Assembly (NCBI GenBank): GCA_015233895.1
Contig: JADFXG010000011.1
Span: 37,212-101,211 of the forward strand
Direction of reading: 5' to 3'
Origin: Nitrospirota bacterium
GTDB taxonomy: Bacteria; Nitrospirota; Thermodesulfovibrionia; Thermodesulfovibrionales; Magnetobacteriaceae
DNA length: 64,000 nucleotides
A program made the translations under genes and the position numbers. How positions within the stretch are numbered: position 1 is the stretch's first letter; every line of letters begins with the position of its first letter. Positions 48,381-58,841 of the stretch are shown here, piece by piece. The notes under the pieces were generated by a model, which was not told the DNA's origin, searched no databases, and was given only the letters and a program-made list of their open reading frames with translations.

Positions 48381-48410
48381 ATTATATTAAAAAAATAATG
48401 TTTGTCAATA
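48381..48410 (-). promoter_or_regulatory. Putative promoter at the head of the array
   Basis: TATTGACA-16 bp-TATAAT. Confidence 0.65.
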
Positions 48411-48566
48411 CTATGTTCCAGAAACATTGTGACATTTGTATCCAATATCAAGGATCTCTGAAGTGCTTGAAAATGTAGATATATTAAAACCGGTCAAGCA
48501 CCTCTTTTATATGCTGCTCATCCTTTACGTAAAGCAGCGTCAATGTTTTTAATATTAGTTTACATG

Positions 48567-51008
48567 TCATATCTCAATCCTGACCTCGGCACCACTATCA
48601 CAATTTCTTACTGTTAAACTACCACCCATATTTGTTTCAATAATTGTCTTTGACATATAAAGCCCAATACCTGTCCCCCCGGCGCCCTTAGTTGTAAAAT
48701 AAGGCTCAAAGATTCTCTCTTTTATACTTTCAGGGATTCCCCCGCCATTGTCTTTTATTGAAACTATAACTTTGGATTTGCCTTCATTGTTATTTATACT
48801 AAGTTCTATCCACCCATTTATTTCAGGAGCATTTTTCTTTTTTGTTACAACTGCATCCCTTGAGTTATTCAAAATATTGAGCACCACCTGTTTAAACTCG
48901 TTAGGATATCCCTCAGTGACCAGTAATGCGTCCTGTTCAGTTTTGATAGAAATGTGTATCTTGCTTCTATTGAAAACATGTACAAACATTGACAACAACT
49001 CTTCTATGGCTGTTTTTACATTGAACAGTTGTTTTTCCTTTGCGGGAATAAAGAAGTTTTTGAAATCATCAATAGTTTTTGACATAAAGTTAATCTGATT
49101 CATTGTAGAGCCAACTATATCTTCAACATATTTATCATTAATCTCACCGCAGGAATATGTTTCGCCTAAATCCTGTATGTTTAATCCTATAGCATTCAAA
49201 GGTTGTCTCCATTGGTGGGCTATTAATCCTATCATCTCACCCATGGATGCCATCTTGGATTGTTGAATCAGCATTTGTTCCTGATTTTGTCTTTTTTCGG
49301 TCTCTGCTTTTACCATAGCCTCAAGATTGCAATTTAGTGTTTTTAAATCCTCGTCCATCCGTTTACGATCTATTGCTATGGCGTAAATAGCAGCTAAACG
49401 TTGTATGATATTAAGATCTTCATCTGTATAATCTCTCTCAGCATTTGAAAGCGCAATATTACCAATCAAATTATTTTTTATAATTGCCGGAACACACATA
49501 AAGCGCTTCACTGGAATATTCCCCTCAGGAATACAACATTTGTAAGCAGTGTGCTCTTTCGGGTTATTAGTGTAAAACGCCTGTTTTGTATCTATAGCGT
49601 ATCCCCACAAAGCATCATAGCCATCATTATCCTTTGGAAAAGCCAGTCGCAGGTATCTATTATCCACATTATACTGGCTGACTGTCTGCTCCGGCGCGCT
49701 TCTGTCTGTCTCTGAGACATATCCGTGTAAACTTTCCGTTAGTTTCATTGCCTGTTTATTTACAATTACAGAAATATCATCTATATCCATTTCAGGAGAG
49801 AGTAATGCCTCAGACACCTCTGCCACTGCTCTCTGAAAATCCAGTTCCCGTTTCATTATAGCCTGTGCTTTTTTAATGTCTGAAATATCATGAAATATTT
49901 CAAACTTATATATTGATTCGTCTATATTCCTTAATGGAGTATCGAAAAGCGAATATGTCTTGTTGTTTTTCGATGAATGCCATTCCCATGTAACGCTTTT
50001 TCCTGCAAAAACTTCATTGTTTTTACACCATGGGCATTGTTGCGTTCTGTCATGAAAATACTCGTAACACTTACGGCCATTCACTTCTCCGAACTCTTTT
50101 AGCAAAGATTTATTAATAAAATCTATATCATTGTCTTTAGTAACTATATATATACCATCCTCCATCGTATCCATTATCGATTTAAGCTTATCCCTCTCTG
50201 TTTTAATTATATCCTCCATCTGTTTCTTATAAGTTATATCTTCAACGATGGCCAGGCTAAGTGTTAGTTTATTTTCTCTTACACACAAGGGGATACATTT
50301 AAAGCTTACCCATACTATGTTTGAATCTTTACGAATATATCTTTTCTCCGTACTGAAAACTGATAAACTGCCGCTGTATAAACGTTTTAATCCATCCAGT
50401 TGTTGCGCGATATCATCTGGATGGGTAATGTTTTGCCATGTGAGTGTTGATAATTCATCGTGGGAATAACCAGTTATATTGCAGAAAGTTTGATTAAATT
50501 TAACTAATCTGCCGGAGGTTAACTCTATAATGTTAATTCCAATTGGCGCTTGCTCAAAGATAATCCTTATTTCTTTTTCCAACTCCTCGTTAGCTTTACG
50601 CAGCAGTTCGGAGTGTTCGGTAATTAACTGCTTTTGTTTGTGAAGTGCCAGAAAGGCATTTACCTTGCTTTTTAAAATCGCATCATCAACTGGTTTTACT
50701 AAGTAATCCACGGCTCCAATTTCATATCCTTTAGAAATAAATTTCTCTTCTATGCTTACTGCGCTTATGAAAATTATTGGAACCGTCCTGGTTTTGTTAT
50801 TGCTCCTGATAAAAGATGCCGTCTCAAAGCCGTCCATTTCAGGCATCTGCACATCCAGTATCACTAATGCAAACTCATCGCGCAAAAGATTCCACAGCGC
50901 CTCTTTACCGCTTACTGCTCTTACGATATTGACGTCGGGCTGGGCAAGGATGGTTTCCAGCACCAGAAGATTTTCCGCTCTGTCGTCAACAATTAATATA
51001 TTTTGCAT
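48567..51008 (-). CDS. Hybrid REC-PAS-PAS-GAF histidine kinase
   Basis: ILIVDD...LDVQMPEMDG receiver; IAHQWRQPL H-box; FEPYFTTK and GTGIGL boxes. Confidence 0.92.
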   Translation of the reverse strand: MQNILIVDDRAENLLVLETILAQPDVNIVRAVSGKEALWNLLRDEFALVILDVQMPEMDGFETASFIRSNNKTRTVPIIFISAVSIEEKFISKGYEIGAVDYLVKPVDDAILKSKVNAFLALHKQKQLITEHSELLRKANEELEKEIRIIFEQAPIGINIIELTSGRLVKFNQTFCNITGYSHDELSTLTWQNITHPDDIAQQLDGLKRLYSGSLSVFSTEKRYIRKDSNIVWVSFKCIPLCVRENKLTLSLAIVEDITYKKQMEDIIKTERDKLKSIMDTMEDGIYIVTKDNDIDFINKSLLKEFGEVNGRKCYEYFHDRTQQCPWCKNNEVFAGKSVTWEWHSSKNNKTYSLFDTPLRNIDESIYKFEIFHDISDIKKAQAIMKRELDFQRAVAEVSEALLSPEMDIDDISVIVNKQAMKLTESLHGYVSETDRSAPEQTVSQYNVDNRYLRLAFPKDNDGYDALWGYAIDTKQAFYTNNPKEHTAYKCCIPEGNIPVKRFMCVPAIIKNNLIGNIALSNAERDYTDEDLNIIQRLAAIYAIAIDRKRMDEDLKTLNCNLEAMVKAETEKRQNQEQMLIQQSKMASMGEMIGLIAHQWRQPLNAIGLNIQDLGETYSCGEINDKYVEDIVGSTMNQINFMSKTIDDFKNFFIPAKEKQLFNVKTAIEELLSMFVHVFNRSKIHISIKTEQDALLVTEGYPNEFKQVVLNILNNSRDAVVTKKKNAPEINGWIELSINNNEGKSKVIVSIKDNGGGIPESIKERIFEPYFTTKGAGGTGIGLYMSKTIIETNMGGSLTVRNCDSGAEVRIEI

Positions 51009-51016
51009 ATATATTC

Positions 51017-51580
51017 TTACCTCGATAATTCGTTAAGTTTATCAGCAATCTCAGGCAAATTTAAAATATAGTCAACCGTGCTTTCATTGATTGCTGCCAG
51101 GGGCATTGCTGGATATTGTGCGCTTTCAGGGTTTTGTACTATCGTTGTGCCTCCCCGCTCTTTTATCCTCTTTAAACCCACACTGCCATCACTGTTGGCT
51201 CCGGTCAATATTATACCAAAACAGTGCTTAGTAAAAGCATCCGCGGCAGTTTCAAAAAGCACGTCTATCGATGGACGGGAATAATTTACACGTGGATCCA
51301 CTGACAGAGAAAACGTTTTGTCGTCTTCTATCAGCAGATGATAATCCGGCGGAGCAATATATATAAAACCATTTTGAATTTTTTCCTTATCCTCTGCATA
51401 TTTGACCTTTAACCGGACAATTTTGCTGAAGAAATGAATTAACTCATCTTTTGTATCCCGATGCAAGTGTAATACCACTATGACAGGGAGGGGAAAATCG
51501 TCGGGCAACCCAATTAAAAGTCTTTTAAGCGCTTCAATCCCACCGGCGGATGCGCCTATTACAACAGCCTCATACTTCAT
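51017..51580 (-). CDS. cheB: Stand-alone CheB-type methylesterase (no receiver domain)
   Basis: GASAGG, VLH, RPSIDVLF, ILTGANSDG catalytic motifs. Confidence 0.88.
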   Translation of the reverse strand: MKYEAVVIGASAGGIEALKRLLIGLPDDFPLPVIVVLHLHRDTKDELIHFFSKIVRLKVKYAEDKEKIQNGFIYIAPPDYHLLIEDDKTFSLSVDPRVNYSRPSIDVLFETAADAFTKHCFGIILTGANSDGSVGLKRIKERGGTTIVQNPESAQYPAMPLAAINESTVDYILNLPEIADKLNELSR

Positions 51581-52436
51581 GGCACTCCTTTTGGGAATTT
51601 GAGACAGGGTTTCTTTTATATATCTTTTCCTCTTTCAGAACCTGTATATAATTGTTGGAAAAGCTTGAGAGCCGAATGGTTTCTTTTGAACCCAGGCAAA
51701 GATAGCCGCCCGTCTCCAGCGATTCGGTAAATAATCCAAACACTCTGTTCTGCAGCTCTCTGTTAAAATATATCAACACGTTTCTGCAAAAAATGATGTT
51801 CATCTCACCAAACACACCGTCTGATGCAAGGTTATGAACTGAAAACACTACGTTTTGTTTTAACGACTGATCAATTATAGCACAATCACCTTCAGTTGTG
51901 AAGTAATCGCTGAATGAGTGCATCCCTCCGGTCTGTAAGTAGTTGGAGGCGTATTTTTTTAATAATTTCAGATCAAAGATGCCCTTTTTTGCACTATTTA
52001 GCGCTCTCTCGCTGTAATCGGTTGCGTATATTATGGTTTTATCGTAAAGGTTTTCCTCTCTTAGCACTATGCTAAGGGAATACACCTCCTCGCCGGTTGA
52101 GCAGCCTGCTACCCAGATTTTTAGAAATGGCAATTGGCTTAGCTCAGGAATTATAGTTTTTCTCAAAGTATGAAAGAACTCAGGGTCACGGAACATCTCG
52201 GTTGTGCTTATCGAAAAATCCCCGAGCAATTCTACAAAAAACGGCCTGTCATATATCACTCTGTTAATAATTTCAGTTATCTTGTTTATCCCCGATACAG
52301 ACATCCTGTGCTTTATTCTTCTTTTTATCGAGGCTTTTGAATAATTTCTGAAATCGTATCCGTACTTTGAGTGTATAGCCTCAAGAAGGAGCATTATTTC
52401 TAAGTTTTCATTGTCTTCGTTATCGTAGTAGTCCAT
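51570..52436 (-). CDS. cheR: CheR-type protein-glutamate methyltransferase
   Basis: TEMFRDP, IWVAGCSTGEEVYS, IFCRNVLIYF, LCLGSKE. Confidence 0.92.
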   Translation of the reverse strand: MDYYDNEDNENLEIMLLLEAIHSKYGYDFRNYSKASIKRRIKHRMSVSGINKITEIINRVIYDRPFFVELLGDFSISTTEMFRDPEFFHTLRKTIIPELSQLPFLKIWVAGCSTGEEVYSLSIVLREENLYDKTIIYATDYSERALNSAKKGIFDLKLLKKYASNYLQTGGMHSFSDYFTTEGDCAIIDQSLKQNVVFSVHNLASDGVFGEMNIIFCRNVLIYFNRELQNRVFGLFTESLETGGYLCLGSKETIRLSSFSNNYIQVLKEEKIYKRNPVSNSQKECHEV

Positions 52437-52474
52437 ATGCTATACCTGTTTTATACCGTTAATAAAAAAAGACA

Positions 52475-52613
52475 TGGATTCCTGCCTGCGCAGGAATGAC
52501 AGAAAAAAGACGGAATAACAGAAAATAAACTCCAGCCTCCTTTGTCATCCCGCACCGCCCCTTTGTCATCCCGCATCACCCCTTTGTCATCCCGCACTTG
52601 TTGCGGGATCCAG
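52475..52613. repeat. Composite REP-like element: two oppositely oriented palindromic units plus three 21-bp direct repeats
   Basis: TGGATTCCTGCCTGCGCAGGAATGAC; 3x CCTTTGTCATCCCGCA (52539, 52560, 52581); last unit GTCATCCCGCACTTGTTGCGGGATCCAG. Confidence 0.8.
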
Positions 52614-52655
52614 TCCTTTTTTTCCCGTAATTTATTTTGAAGGTTAATTTCTGTC

Positions 52656-55600
52656 TCATTGATATAGCCAAATTCGTAACAGGGACAGAAGTCTGTCCTT
52701 ATCAACAGGTTTTGAAATATAATCGTTTGCTCCGGCCTCTATGCACCTCATTCTGTCTTCTTTCATTGCCTTAGCGGTGAGAGCTATGATCGGTATCTCT
52801 TTATATTGTTTGATTTTCCTTACCTCACTTATTGCTGCGTAACCGTCCATCTCCGGCATCATTATGTCCATAAGTATAACCTCAAGTGTATCGTTTTTCT
52901 TTAATATATCGAGGCACTCTGTCCCGTTTCTTGCCGTAAACACGTTCATTCCCTCCCCCTCAAGTATGCTCGTTAAGGCAAACACGTTTCTGGAATCATC
53001 ATCGGTTACCAGTATGTTTCTGTTCTTAAATATATGCTCTTTATCGTGCACTCTCAGGAGTATCTTCTGTTTTTCCTCCGGCAATTGTGATTCCTCAAGA
53101 TGTAAAAACAGCACGATTTCATCAAGCAGCCTGTCGGGTGATTTTACAGTTTTAAGCACTATCCTGTGGGCATACATGTTGAGTTTTATCTCATCCCCGA
53201 CACTAAGCTGTGAGCTGTTATAGATTATTACCGGTATGTTGCACAGTGTTTCCGAGTTTTTTATTATATCTAAAAAAGTGAAACTTACAGGCTCATTATC
53301 TGTAATATTCATTATTATAAAATTATACTGATTAGATTCTACTATCTTTTGAGCTTTTTTTGCCGACACATAATCCACGCCCACGTAAGTGTTTTTTAAC
53401 AGTTCCTTAAGTGCCGTCTCCTGTTGAATATTAAGGTTAATTGCCAGAATCTGTTTTTTTTCATCAGAGTAGATACTTTCCAGTCTGTTGAAAGCCTCTT
53501 CAATGTTTTTCATGTTGACGGGCTTTGTTAAATAGCCGACACTGCCGGATTTCATAACATCTATGTTTTTTTCCGATGCAGATATTATGTGTATTGGAAT
53601 GTTGCGCGTCTCCGAGGAGTCTTTTAACCTTTCAATAACCGTCCAACCATCTAAATCTGGCAAACCCATGTCCAAAATTATCGCATTAGGTTTATATTTA
53701 TGTGCGTACCCTATGCCGTGTCCTCCGTCCTGTGCTATTATGCACTTATAGCCTCTTTCGCGGCTTATTTCCAGCAGGATTTTTGCAAATGCTATGTCAT
53801 CCTCTATTATTAAGATTGATTTATCATCCGGTGACATGCTCTCCCTGTCATCCTCTGACACTTTTCCTATCAATTTAAGTTGGGATTTGCTCTCCAGTGT
53901 TTTTTCAGAGAGTACATCAGAAGGAGCAACGTGTTGTACGTCAGGTATAAGTATGGTAAAGGTACTGCCTGAGCCAACCTCACTCTTAACTGTTATTTCA
54001 CCTCTGAGCAGCTTAACCAATTCTTTGGATATTGTAAGCCCAAGCCCGGTGCCTCCGAACCGTCTGCTCGTTGTTCCATCGGCTTGTTTAAAAGCCTCAA
54101 AAATAACTCCTAACTTATCCGCATGAATTCCAATGCCGGTGTCGGAAACTGAAATTGACAATGCGTTGCCGAGAGAATCCTTGTCTATCATTACCCTGAT
54201 GAAGCCTTTTTCTTCTGTAAATTTAATGGCATTTGACAGCAGGTTTCTGATTATCTGCTCTGTTTTTTGAACATCGGTGTGAATATACTTTGGTGCATTT
54301 TCTGATACAATCACTTGTAAAGACAAATTCTTTTCCTCTGCAAAAGGTGAAAATGTCCTCACTATAAATGTTTTCAGCCTGTCTGTCTCCATGGCCCCGA
54401 TGTTTAATTCAACTTTGCCGGCCTCGACTTTTGACAGATCCAGAATATCGTTTATCAATAGCAGAAGGTCATTGCCCGATGAGTAAACCGTTGAGGCACA
54501 CTCCACTTGTTTTTCTGTAAGGTTGCCCTCTTTATTTTCCATGAGAAATTTTGAAAGTAACAGGACACTGTTAAGCGGTGTTCTCAACTCATGCGACATG
54601 TTTGCCAGGAACTCTGATTTATACTTGCTCGTTATTTCGAGTTCCCTGGTTTTTTGAAGGTTAAGCTCCTGATTTCTTTCAAGTTGTATGTTCTTTTTCT
54701 TTATCTCATCCCGTTGTTTTTCCATAAGGCGTGCGTGTTCCTCGAGCTCCTCGTTGGCCTGCCTGAGTTCCTCCTGTTGTTCCTGAAGCTTAAGTTCAGA
54801 GGCTCTCAGCGTCTTTGTCTGATTTGCCAGAGCCTCATTGTTAGCCCTTAATTCCTCCTGCTGTTCCTGAAGCTCCTCGGACTGGTTTTGGGTAAGAATC
54901 AAAAGTTCTTTCATACTATCCCGTGATTGTACTACGCCGAAAGATATTGCAATAGCCTCGGAAACAGATTTCATAAACTCCATATGACGTTCTGTGAATG
55001 CTGTGAATGCTCCCAGCTCTATAACGCCTTTTACCTCACCGTTATAAATAAGCGGCGTAACCAATATGTTTGAGGGTGCGCTCTCTCCCAGCCCTGATGT
55101 TATCTTTATATAATCTTCAGGAACCTCTGTTAATAGTATGCTTTGTTTTTCCAGCGCAGCCTGACCTGTCACTCCGTCTCCAAATGCAAATTCGTTAGAC
55201 AAATTCTTTCGTTTTGTGTGTGCATATGTGCCGGTTAGCTTCAGGGTGTTTTGGGTTTTCTGCGTCAGGTAAATTGCTCCTATCAGTGCTCCCATGTATT
55301 CGGAAATAAACACTATCAGTCTTTGAGAAAGAGTTATAACATCCTGTTCGCCGCGCATTATTTCGCCTATTTGTGTGTATCCTGTTTTTTTCCAGTCCTC
55401 GATGTCTCTGTCAGAAGATATATTGCGTAAGTTTTCCGTCATAAGCAGAAACGATTTGGATAACTGGCCTATTTCGCCCCGCTCTGATACATCTATGTTA
55501 ATGTTTAAATTACCTGAACCTATTTCTTTGGTTATTAGTATTAACCTTCTAATAGGAGAGGTAATGCTCCGTGTAAAGATAAACGCAAATACACTGCAGA

Positions 55601-56195
55601 TAAGCATTGCTCCAGCTAAAATAAAATATAAAATATTTCTGGATTCATTATTTGATTTCTGAGTGTTTTCATAAAACAACTTTGCTTTGACAGAGGCAAA
55701 CTCTATTGCTTCTTTTAGTAACTTCTCATTGTCTGTAGCATTTTCGTACAATTTAGTATCCAACTGTTTCTCAGCCTCAGTCTTTTTGCCCTGTAACAGC
55801 AGATCAAAATAATCATCGTGAAGCGAAATATATTTCTCATAATTTTTACGAATGTTTCTTATTATTTTTTTATCGCCCAAAAACATATCTTCTGCTACTG
55901 TCAGATCGTTTAATATTTCAGGGTCTATAGCGGATATCTCTGTTTTCATTTCCAAAACAGCTTCATTATTAGGCAGAAAATAAGCCTTTCTTAATAAATA
56001 TCTGGCTCTGAATATATTCGCATCGGTTGATAGTAATTTGCCTTTTACCGTGAAAGGATGCTCGTAGAGATTTTTTATCTGATTGGCTGCGAAATCCAGT
56101 CTGCTTATTGAATAAGAGAACAGAAGAAGAAAAACAAATAACATGAGCAGATACCCTATGGCAATACGAGTTCCGATTTTTAGATTTTTAATCAT
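52656..56195 (-). CDS. Hybrid sensor kinase: four-helix periplasmic sensor, HAMP, GAF, coiled coil, HisKA/HATPase, 3 receiver domains
   Basis: FLANMSHELRTPLN, NLLSNAIKFT, FGGTGLGL; three REC domains, the middle one degenerate. Confidence 0.93.
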   Translation of the reverse strand: MIKNLKIGTRIAIGYLLMLFVFLLLFSYSISRLDFAANQIKNLYEHPFTVKGKLLSTDANIFRARYLLRKAYFLPNNEAVLEMKTEISAIDPEILNDLTVAEDMFLGDKKIIRNIRKNYEKYISLHDDYFDLLLQGKKTEAEKQLDTKLYENATDNEKLLKEAIEFASVKAKLFYENTQKSNNESRNILYFILAGAMLICSVFAFIFTRSITSPIRRLILITKEIGSGNLNINIDVSERGEIGQLSKSFLLMTENLRNISSDRDIEDWKKTGYTQIGEIMRGEQDVITLSQRLIVFISEYMGALIGAIYLTQKTQNTLKLTGTYAHTKRKNLSNEFAFGDGVTGQAALEKQSILLTEVPEDYIKITSGLGESAPSNILVTPLIYNGEVKGVIELGAFTAFTERHMEFMKSVSEAIAISFGVVQSRDSMKELLILTQNQSEELQEQQEELRANNEALANQTKTLRASELKLQEQQEELRQANEELEEHARLMEKQRDEIKKKNIQLERNQELNLQKTRELEITSKYKSEFLANMSHELRTPLNSVLLLSKFLMENKEGNLTEKQVECASTVYSSGNDLLLLINDILDLSKVEAGKVELNIGAMETDRLKTFIVRTFSPFAEEKNLSLQVIVSENAPKYIHTDVQKTEQIIRNLLSNAIKFTEEKGFIRVMIDKDSLGNALSISVSDTGIGIHADKLGVIFEAFKQADGTTSRRFGGTGLGLTISKELVKLLRGEITVKSEVGSGSTFTILIPDVQHVAPSDVLSEKTLESKSQLKLIGKVSEDDRESMSPDDKSILIIEDDIAFAKILLEISRERGYKCIIAQDGGHGIGYAHKYKPNAIILDMGLPDLDGWTVIERLKDSSETRNIPIHIISASEKNIDVMKSGSVGYLTKPVNMKNIEEAFNRLESIYSDEKKQILAINLNIQQETALKELLKNTYVGVDYVSAKKAQKIVESNQYNFIIMNITDNEPVSFTFLDIIKNSETLCNIPVIIYNSSQLSVGDEIKLNMYAHRIVLKTVKSPDRLLDEIVLFLHLEESQLPEEKQKILLRVHDKEHIFKNRNILVTDDDSRNVFALTSILEGEGMNVFTARNGTECLDILKKNDTLEVILMDIMMPEMDGYAAISEVRKIKQYKEIPIIALTAKAMKEDRMRCIEAGANDYISKPVDKDRLLSLLRIWLYQ

Positions 56196-56257
56196 TGATT
56201 TCTCCTTAATATGGTATCTTTCTTATGAGAGTTTTCAGGTGCCAGTAATTGTAACTC

Positions 56258-58576
56258 CTAAGAATCAGCTCTGTCTATTTCAAATAAAGGGTCAGCACAT
56301 TCATCAGTTGTTTCATTATCGTAAAACATATACCTGTTTTTTCCAAGTTCCTTTGCCTTATACATCGCCATATCCGCTCTTTTTATAAAAACACTGCTTA
56401 AGTTGTCAATTTCATCACTTAATTGACCGAATGGATACACCTCAATACCTATACTTGCGCCTATGTGGCATTCATACTCATTTATTAAAAATACCGTATT
56501 CAATGATGAAATAATCTTATCTGCAATCATTACCACATCATTCTGTTCACTTATTTTACTGAGAATAATAATGAACTCATCTCCACCTATACGGGAAACT
56601 GTATCTGTTTTTCGCACAATACTTAACAACCTTTTTGAAACATCCTTGAGTAAAACATCGCCGGTTTGATGTCCATAATTATCATTAACTGCCTTAAAAT
56701 TATCCAGGTCTATAAATAACAATGCCATCTTATACTTTTCACGTTTGGCAAATTCAATCGAGGTGTTTAACCTGTCCAAAAGTAATATCCGGTTAGGCAG
56801 AGATGTAACTGTATCGTAGTGGGCAAGGAGCTGGAGTTGCTTCTCATAGTATTTTCTTTGAGTTATGTTTCTGAGCACGTAAACGCACTGGGTTACATTA
56901 CCATTTTCATCTTTTATTGGCGATGCTGAGCATGAGACATATATTTCTTTTCCATCTTTATCATAATGCAGGTGTTCACTCATCGAATACTCACCGGTGC
57001 GTAACATATTCATAACAGGACATGAGTACTCTTGTTGGTTACAAGGTTCAGAGCTATTATGAATAACCATATAACAGTGTTTGCCTGTAACATCATTCTC
57101 ATATACTCTGTACTCTTTCAGGAATTTGTTATTAGTGCTGACGATTGTAAAATCTTTAACGTCTATCACAGCAATAGAATCATTTATGCTGTTAATTACT
57201 GTATCAATAAAAATATTATGTCTCTTTATGGTATCCTCAATTGCTCCATGTTCGATTATGCTTGCAATCGAATTGGATATTGCTATAAAAAAATCCTCTT
57301 CCAACTTGGTTCTTTCATGATTATGCTTAACGTAAACACATAAAGTGCCCAATAACTTATTGCCGGATTTTATAGGGACACAGTAGTGCCCATGTTCGTG
57401 CATTCCTTCATATGAAATATTGTGTAATTCATCAATCTTATTAGAAAATACTATTTTATGTGTGCTTGCAGCGATACCACAAAGACAGTGTCCATAGCTT
57501 ATTCGTGCACATTGTTTTAATAAAGACTCATGCAGATTTCTTTGTGCAGCCATCACTAACTCTTCGGAATTATCTACTGTGATATGTATGCAACCTTTAT
57601 TCTCTAATCCTATATTTGGAACAGAAACGACAATGTCTATAATTCTCTCCAGTTTATTTTTGAGAGGAATCTGCTCCAGGGATAGTTCGAGGATATATTT
57701 AATCGTATCTTGCAGTATCTCTCTTTGTTTCAACTCAGTGATGTTTTTTGCTATCTGTTTTCCCAATGATATCTCAGATGACAACAATATATCTCTTTCC
57801 TTGAGTTTATCCAGCATAGAGTTTATGTTTTTAAGAATTCCTTTTTGGTTTTGATTTTTAAGCAGTTTATAGTCGATGTGTAAATTGCCTTGTGAAATGT
57901 TATCTAATATGTCTATGATTTCGTGCGGTTCAGCTCCTAATTCATTAATAAATGACTTAATTACCCTGGCAGCAATTAATGTGCTAATTATGATTGACAA
58001 TACTAATGCAAATATGATACATAACATGAAAATATTATATAAAGCCGATGATTCAAGCTCACTTTCCTCCATTCTTTTTGTTTGAAAGTCAGTAAGATCG
58101 AGCATTGTTTTTGTTAACATATTTGAACTTGCCGTTTGCTTGTTGATTAATAATTCTTTTGATTCATGTAACTTACCCAACATAACGCTATTGGTATATT
58201 CCCGCAAAATTGAAAAATAAGTCTCCTGTGTATCTGAGATTGCTTTTAATAATAATTTGCCTTCCTTGCTTCTGATAACAGAAGTCAATTTCCCTTTACT
58301 TTCTATAATAATGTTCTTGTATTTTTCAATATTATCTAATTCTTTTTTTCTTAGCGTACTGTCCTCAATGATGAGTAATTTATTTGATGAAAGACTAATA
58401 TCTCTTACGGCGTAGAGCATATCATCTAAGATCGCTGTTTTTGGATATCTGTCGTTGACTAACTTGTCTATTGTATTACGGAACGAGTTTAACATCAAAA
58501 CAGCAATAACACCGTTGATGATTAAAAATACTAATATCACACCATGAGAAAAGCTAAATTTTGTTCCTAACTTCAT
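56258..58576 (-). CDS. Diguanylate cyclase (four-helix sensor, GAF, PAS, GGDEF)
   Basis: DLDNFKAVNDNYGHQTGD, RKTD I-site five residues before an intact GGDEF, ADMAMY. Confidence 0.93.
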   Translation of the reverse strand: MKLGTKFSFSHGVILVFLIINGVIAVLMLNSFRNTIDKLVNDRYPKTAILDDMLYAVRDISLSSNKLLIIEDSTLRKKELDNIEKYKNIIIESKGKLTSVIRSKEGKLLLKAISDTQETYFSILREYTNSVMLGKLHESKELLINKQTASSNMLTKTMLDLTDFQTKRMEESELESSALYNIFMLCIIFALVLSIIISTLIAARVIKSFINELGAEPHEIIDILDNISQGNLHIDYKLLKNQNQKGILKNINSMLDKLKERDILLSSEISLGKQIAKNITELKQREILQDTIKYILELSLEQIPLKNKLERIIDIVVSVPNIGLENKGCIHITVDNSEELVMAAQRNLHESLLKQCARISYGHCLCGIAASTHKIVFSNKIDELHNISYEGMHEHGHYCVPIKSGNKLLGTLCVYVKHNHERTKLEEDFFIAISNSIASIIEHGAIEDTIKRHNIFIDTVINSINDSIAVIDVKDFTIVSTNNKFLKEYRVYENDVTGKHCYMVIHNSSEPCNQQEYSCPVMNMLRTGEYSMSEHLHYDKDGKEIYVSCSASPIKDENGNVTQCVYVLRNITQRKYYEKQLQLLAHYDTVTSLPNRILLLDRLNTSIEFAKREKYKMALLFIDLDNFKAVNDNYGHQTGDVLLKDVSKRLLSIVRKTDTVSRIGGDEFIIILSKISEQNDVVMIADKIISSLNTVFLINEYECHIGASIGIEVYPFGQLSDEIDNLSSVFIKRADMAMYKAKELGKNRYMFYDNETTDECADPLFEIDRADS

Positions 58577-58682
58577 CGCATCACCTCTTTAAAGTTTATG
58601 GCAATAATAACACCATGATATTGAGCCTGTTGTTAAGTATTATACCAAAACAATTGAATAAGTTGTAATAAATAGCAATATG

Positions 58683-58698
58683 TGTGACAGAAGTAACA
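58683..58698. promoter_or_regulatory. CRP/FNR-family-like operator
   Basis: TGTGA-cagaag-TAACA, 9/10 match to TGTGA-N6-TCACA, in a divergent intergenic region. Confidence 0.5.
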
Positions 58699-58841
58699 GA
58701 CGGAAAGAAAAATAAAGAATTATTTAATGAGATTTGTTTGATTTCTTTATGTTACACTAAACCATTAAAGGTAAAGTGCCGATGAGATAATATGTTTAGT
58801 AAATGCACGGCGTGTGCTAAAAGAGATTAGAAGAGGGAACA

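Noticed and set aside
52451..52705. 84-aa ORF with RDDKG repeats
   Set aside because: Translation of the REP-like element; overlaps the kinase 3' end
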